From: Escherichia phage vB_EcoM_JN03
Length of the DNA stretch: 64,000 bases
Sequence record: OR885871
Reading direction: 5' to 3' (one strand)
Shown here: one piece after another, positions 59,565 to 64,000 of the stretch
Numbering within the stretch: the first letter of the stretch is position 1
Layout of the letters: each line of letters opens with the position of its first letter
Notes under the pieces: model-generated
Databases searched by the model: none
Told to the model about the DNA's origin: nothing
Seen by the model: only the letters and a program-made list of their open reading frames with translations
Made by a program: the position numbers and the translations under genes

Positions 59565-60061
59565 TTCAAATATCCTTCTAGACGGAAGCGGTTAATATGC
59601 TGTATGATAAAATCCATAGAGTTTTGAAAACTGTATTTCCCCTGATGTTCATAAGCGTGAATCAGGGGAAGACGGCTGTGGGCCAATTGGAATCTCAACT
59701 TGGATGGCATTGTCAGCAATTTTTGACTCGTCGCTGCGATAATGTCTCGTTTAAATTTGGGATCATCAGGGGACAATACAACGATGCGTGACTTGGCCAG
59801 GGTTTGTCCAAATTGCTTGGCGTCGTTCCCGTAAAGACTACGCAAGTCGTCGTGGCGATATTTTAGCCAATACCAGTAGCCTTCTAACGAATTGAAATTA
59901 CCATCAACAGTATCCATGGGATGGTATGCAAAATGGGAAAGGAATCTGCCTAGTTCTGTGCGGCTTCGACTGTATATGTTGTAATGGGTCTTGCCTTCAC
60001 TATCCGGCGTCATACGTTCTTTTGGAACATTGAGTAATGGGAGCATGATATAGGGTCTCAA
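59561..60061 (-). CDS. NADAR (YbiA-like) domain protein
   Basis: GRFLSHFAYHPMDTVDGNFNSLEGYWYWLKY matches YbiA-type G-F-SNF...DG...SEHYFQA-KF pattern; C-terminal LIHAYEH. Confidence 0.5.
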   Translation of the reverse strand: MRPYIMLPLLNVPKERMTPDSEGKTHYNIYSRSRTELGRFLSHFAYHPMDTVDGNFNSLEGYWYWLKYRHDDLRSLYGNDAKQFGQTLAKSRIVVLSPDDPKFKRDIIAATSQKLLTMPSKLRFQLAHSRLPLIHAYEHQGKYSFQNSMDFIIQHINRFRLEGYLK

Positions 60062-60085
60062 ATCAAAATTGCTGTGTGTGTTAAA

Positions 60086-60277
60086 TCAGATCTTTTTGTA
60101 CGCTTTCAAAGCACTAATAACCGAGACGCCGCCAAATAGAACTAACAATATGAATCGTTCCATCCTGAAATCAGGAAGGGAAAGCAGTCCCACAAGGCTG
60201 TCTAAAGCAATCATGAACGTTACTCCAGTCAGCATGCCCAACTTAAAGGAGTTGGAACCTCTCTTGCAACGTAACAT
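60086..60277 (-). CDS. small membrane protein
   Basis: 63 aa, hydrophobic; same strand as neighbours. Confidence 0.3.
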   Translation of the reverse strand: MLRCKRGSNSFKLGMLTGVTFMIALDSLVGLLSLPDFRMERFILLVLFGGVSVISALKAYKKI

Positions 60278-60323
60278 AAATCACCTCCGATTCAAATGGG
60301 GAGTTCTCTCCCCACACAGATAT

Positions 60324-60833
60324 CTAGCCCAGAAACACTACTAAAGTCAAATTTGTGAGACTGGTCCGAGCATCCTGCAACATTTCACGGGCAGCGGCTA
60401 AACGTTTTACATCATGTAGAGTGTCAGAGAACACGATTATGTTAGCCTTATCGATCCTGGTCCCCATGAAATGGGTGATTGTCGTCGTGCTCTCTTTCTT
60501 GTCGACATCAGGGATAAGTAATTCTTCGCCCGTCTGAGGGTTGCGGGAAGGATAGAAGAATGCATCACGTTCACGAGAAGTATGGAAGACGCCAAACACA
60601 TATGCGTCGTTTTCGACCTGAAACTTTTTAGAAAGTAGTTTCTTCAGAGCGGCTGTATGTCCGGTCTGGCGGAGCATTCTGTAGTAGAGCATGTTGCCGG
60701 AGCAAATAGGGTCTATCACTCCCCTAATTTGACGTTCCTTTTGTATCTCATACGCATCTGCCACAAGCTGCTGGATCATATCGACATGGGCATTCATGGA
60801 GATTTCTATTTTACGTTTGATCATAGATTGCAT
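60324..60833 (-). CDS. hypothetical protein
   Basis: 169-aa ORF. Confidence 0.35.
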   Translation of the reverse strand: MQSMIKRKIEISMNAHVDMIQQLVADAYEIQKERQIRGVIDPICSGNMLYYRMLRQTGHTAALKKLLSKKFQVENDAYVFGVFHTSRERDAFFYPSRNPQTGEELLIPDVDKKESTTTITHFMGTRIDKANIIVFSDTLHDVKRLAAAREMLQDARTSLTNLTLVVFLG

Positions 60834-60903
60834 TTGGTATATCCTCAGTTAGGTTCCGCTCATGGGGAACGGGTCCATTATACACCCAATGCTGGAAATG
60901 AAA

Positions 60904-60919
60904 AAGAGGCCGAAGCCTC
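60904..60919 (-). terminator. rho-independent terminator
   Basis: AGAGGC-TTCG-GCCTCT then TTTTTCATTT on minus strand. Confidence 0.5.
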
Positions 60920-60920
60920 T

Positions 60921-61142
60921 TTAATCGTCGTATTGGCCTGTCCTGAAATTCCATTTTCGCGCCTTGGATAAATCCAAATCTTTGAAAATGTTGCCAAAGA
61001 TCTTTTTAAAATCAGACTCTTCTTCAAGATCTTTTGGTTTTTTGACAGGCTCCTTGACCATACCGCCTTCGGGTTTCCCCACATCGGCGGTCGTGGTTGC
61101 CGGAGCAGAAGAGTCTTCAAGGAAATCCTGGAAGCTCTTCAT
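60921..61142 (-). CDS. hypothetical protein
   Basis: Small ORF downstream of Ig-like gene. Confidence 0.3.
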   Translation of the reverse strand: MKSFQDFLEDSSAPATTTADVGKPEGGMVKEPVKKPKDLEEESDFKKIFGNIFKDLDLSKARKWNFRTGQYDD

Positions 61143-61145
61143 AAA

Positions 61146-61967
61146 TTACACCACAGCCATTTCACAACGAGTAGACGTGACAGAATGGCCATCTGCATCA
61201 GAAACCACACACCAATATTCGCCTTCATTTGCGGCTTCAACTGCTGTGATAACCAGGTTAGCAGTGGCGGCGGTGGCATTAGTGCCAGCATCGATAACTG
61301 ACCCCGCACCCCCAGGAGTATCAGAGAAATGCCACACATAAGTGTATGGAGTTGTACCGCCCGCAGCAACAACACTAAAGGTTCCGTCTTGTCCAGAAGT
61401 CACGTCTTTGGTGGCAGGTAAATCAGTCGACAGCGATAGAGCGCCTGCAACTGTAATAACCGTAGAATCTGTGTGATTCCCTTCAACCGTGACACCATAA
61501 ACCGTTACAGTTCCTGAAGCCAGCAATTTGAATTTACCACCACCGACATGTACAGCTTTCGTAATATCACCAGAATACCAATTAACGCCTTGATATGTGG
61601 CATTGGCAGGGGATACCTTCGCTAGCAATTCAACAAATTGTCCGATCTCTCCGCTGGCTGTAGCTGGAGTAATCACAAGTCCGGTGGTTAAAATAGCATT
61701 CGGATCGTGGATTTCATAAGATACTTGAAAGCCGATAGGCTTGGTGGGATCCACTTTGGTGACACCGTCCGCTTGTAAATTGCTCTTGGTGAGCAGAGCG
61801 TCAAGACCTTTACATTCGGTCAGGATCTCATCAGGATCTTGGTTGAGGCTGGTCTTTTGCCAACCCTTTGCAACACCCGTCACGACATGATTGCGTTCGG
61901 TTTCGGGTTTGTTGCGGACAACTTCCGGTGCGACTAATACTGTGATTGTTGGCATGGTTTCCTCCAC
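61146..61967 (-). CDS. Ig-like domain protein (possible Hoc-like capsid decoration)
   Basis: Ig signatures YTYVWHF and GEYWCVVSD. Confidence 0.4.
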   Translation of the reverse strand: MEETMPTITVLVAPEVVRNKPETERNHVVTGVAKGWQKTSLNQDPDEILTECKGLDALLTKSNLQADGVTKVDPTKPIGFQVSYEIHDPNAILTTGLVITPATASGEIGQFVELLAKVSPANATYQGVNWYSGDITKAVHVGGGKFKLLASGTVTVYGVTVEGNHTDSTVITVAGALSLSTDLPATKDVTSGQDGTFSVVAAGGTTPYTYVWHFSDTPGGAGSVIDAGTNATAATANLVITAVEAANEGEYWCVVSDADGHSVTSTRCEMAVV

Positions 61968-62326
61968 TCATCCAAATCGTTGTTCAGAGCCATCATCAGC
62001 TCATTATCTGGTTCGTATGAACCGGAACATAAATCATCTCGCCAAACTCCTAACGTCAACAGCGCTGCTTTAAGACGAGGATGTTGGTTCTTATCCGTTT
62101 TCAACACCAACATTCGGCACACGGCTTCGGTTTCAAAGGTATTGAAAAGAATAATCAATTGATTGATAAGTACTCGAGGACTTTTCCCTGGCACAAATCT
62201 TTTCAATGATTGATTAATTAGCGAAATTCGCTGAATGTCTACCATCAAATCATCTCTTGAGACACCAGGGGTGATATAATGTCTTAGAGCGTACTCCATC
62301 AAATTGCTTTCGTCAACGATAGCCAT
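61934..62326 (-). CDS. hypothetical protein
   Basis: 130-aa ORF. Confidence 0.3.
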   Translation of the reverse strand: MAIVDESNLMEYALRHYITPGVSRDDLMVDIQRISLINQSLKRFVPGKSPRVLINQLIILFNTFETEAVCRMLVLKTDKNQHPRLKAALLTLGVWRDDLCSGSYEPDNELMMALNNDLDEWRKPCQQSQY

Positions 62327-62358
62327 ATTGAATTATAATCAGCAGTTATACACTGGGA

Positions 62359-62772
62359 TTATTTAATCTGCAGTTTTTCAGCCAATTGCGAGATTATTTC
62401 ATTACGGTCAGTCGCGTCGATACCCAGGGGTTCCGCAAGTGTTTTAAGATCATTGATATCGAGCAAAAGAAGAACTTCAACTGTAATATCGGTTGATACC
62501 ACAGTACCTGGTTTCATCGGCTTACCGAATTTATCTAACCCATAACGGCGCAAAGTTCCGGCAAGTCCGGTGAGTTCCTCTAGAAGCTCCTTAGAGCCGT
62601 CTTTATATTCACACACCCAACCGTAGTCACCAGCGTAGACAATACCGCCGTCGCCGCCCTGAGGCACGTTATCCACCACGCGTTGCAGATAACTGGGAAG
62701 TTTATTTTCTTCCTGTGTAGTGATTTCTTGAATGGTTTGAGTGTTTTCAATTTTCTTTTGTGTCTTCGCCAT
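62359..62772 (-). CDS. hypothetical protein
   Basis: RBS AGGAGAA 6 nt before ATG 62772. Confidence 0.35.
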   Translation of the reverse strand: MAKTQKKIENTQTIQEITTQEENKLPSYLQRVVDNVPQGGDGGIVYAGDYGWVCEYKDGSKELLEELTGLAGTLRRYGLDKFGKPMKPGTVVSTDITVEVLLLLDINDLKTLAEPLGIDATDRNEIISQLAEKLQIK

Positions 62773-63046
62773 GATCAGTTCTCCTATAGACTGTAATATA
62801 TTTACCACAACAATTGCAGCAATAAACATGCATGGAATATCCGTCGTCGTTAAAGTCACAGCCGCCACAACGACAAAATAATTTCACGAACTGGTCGCCT
62901 ATGACTTCTCTCGGAGGAAAATTCCTGAACGAGTATTCCTTGAGTTCTCCATCAAATTGGAATGAATCAACAAGGAACTTTGTTTTTCGGCGCAGTGATC
63001 CAAATGCCTGTTGCTCATACACGAAGTAAACATCTCTGGTTTCCAT
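62747..63046 (-). CDS. zinc-finger hypothetical protein
   Basis: CRCGGC...CCNCCGK. Confidence 0.35.
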   Translation of the reverse strand: METRDVYFVYEQQAFGSLRRKTKFLVDSFQFDGELKEYSFRNFPPREVIGDQFVKLFCRCGGCDFNDDGYSMHVYCCNCCGKYITVYRRTDHGEDTKEN

Positions 63047-63099
63047 ATCGACCTCAAAGAAAAGGAGGCCGAAGCCCCCTCTTTTATGTCAGTTCGCGG

Positions 63100-63969
63100 T
63101 TACTTGTATAGACCTTCAACATCAATGGATTTATGTTGGCGGTTGTATTCCGTGGTGTAATCGTCTAATACCAGATATTCACAGCAGCGGATTTTACTGG
63201 AGCCATAATCATCAGTGATAGACACGATATCTTTCGGGTTCAGTTTGCAACGGACAACGCGTTGTCCCAGGCTACCAAAACATTGTTTCAGATAAGCCAG
63301 AGAACAAACGTGAAGACCGTAAGAGCACAGATCTTTGTTGTTATCGTTCACGAATGAGCGAGCCATCCGAACAATGGTGCCAGGAGCATTACTAACTTTT
63401 CCTGTGCGCTTGTCCATGTAGTTACCGCGAACGGATTTATACAGGATGATATCACCGTCTTCATGAATTTCGATATCCGAATATGCCATGAATTCATAGA
63501 TTCGACCGGACTGAACCAGCGCGGCGCTCGGGTTTTGGAACATTTTGTCCAGGAAACGACCCAAGCGTTCCAAGTTCGGATAATCGCCTTTTAATGCCAA
63601 AGCCAAAATGCGTTTGGCAACGGAAGTTCCGGTGATATCATAGCCACCCCAGCGAACACGATTGTCTGAAAGGTCAACCATGCCTGTGGTGAATTGTTTG
63701 ATGGCTTCACGCGGTTTCATCAGAGTGTACGCTGTTTTGACGTCACGATTTTTAATCGCTTCAACAATACGGTCATACGCCTGGTGGCTCGTTGTGATCG
63801 TTTCCGGTTTACCATCAACCACGATCACGATACTTTCCGGCAAAATCATGATCTGGTGTTCGTTCAGGAACACAGACAGATCTTTTTCATTAAATGAATT
63901 CTGAGTTTGCTTGTCGCCTGTTTCTCCAACAACTGCAACAGTCTTGACCACGAATAATACGGATGACAA
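63100..63969 (-). CDS. hypothetical protein, possibly rIIB-like; 5' end may lie beyond window
   Basis: Frame stays open to window end; rIIB resemblance is from memory only. Confidence 0.3.
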   Translation of the reverse strand: MSSVLFVVKTVAVVGETGDKQTQNSFNEKDLSVFLNEHQIMILPESIVIVVDGKPETITTSHQAYDRIVEAIKNRDVKTAYTLMKPREAIKQFTTGMVDLSDNRVRWGGYDITGTSVAKRILALALKGDYPNLERLGRFLDKMFQNPSAALVQSGRIYEFMAYSDIEIHEDGDIILYKSVRGNYMDKRTGKVSNAPGTIVRMARSFVNDNNKDLCSYGLHVCSLAYLKQCFGSLGQRVVRCKLNPKDIVSITDDYGSSKIRCCEYLVLDDYTTEYNRQHKSIDVEGLYK

Positions 63970-64000
63970 TGCCAGACGAAGTGTACGGCCTAAAATTACA

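Noticed and set aside
63058-63085. Hairpin terminator downstream of the last minus-strand gene
   Set aside because: The stem is imperfect with no clean complementary arms.
1-64000. CRISPR arrays, integrase/att sites or transposase genes
   Set aside because: No regularly spaced direct repeats and no recombinase or transposase motifs were seen; gene content is that of a lytic phage.

Overview
This window reads as part of a large lytic T4-like myovirus genome: densely packed genes, many start/stop overlaps (ATGA, TAATG), and many hairpin terminators. No tRNA, rRNA, CRISPR array or transposon was seen. Recognisable genes include a T4-type replication and recombination core (partial SbcC/gp46-like ATPase, gp61-like primase, gp41-like helicase, UvsX, gp32-like SSB, DNA ligase, both topoisomerase II subunits), nucleotide metabolism (NrdA, NrdB, glutaredoxin, dCMP deaminase, PhoH), lysis functions (endolysin plus a secreted SLT-like protein) and a baseplate/tail block. 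The most interesting signal is a four-gene, translationally coupled module at 29049-31859 (P-loop kinase, thymidylate-synthase-family enzyme, dNMP kinase, dUTPase/dCTPase-family pyrophosphatase) that suggests non-canonical pyrimidines in the virion DNA. Other candidates are three scattered ADP-ribose-processing-type genes (DUF4326, macro, NADAR), an orphan QueC-like PP-loop ATPase, a PspA-like protein with two membrane proteins, and a recurrent intergenic TTCAATA motif. All calls rest on motif reading by eye, not on searches. Many ORF-track starts are upstream GTG/TTG codons; starts were moved to RBS-supported ATGs where the sequence supports it.
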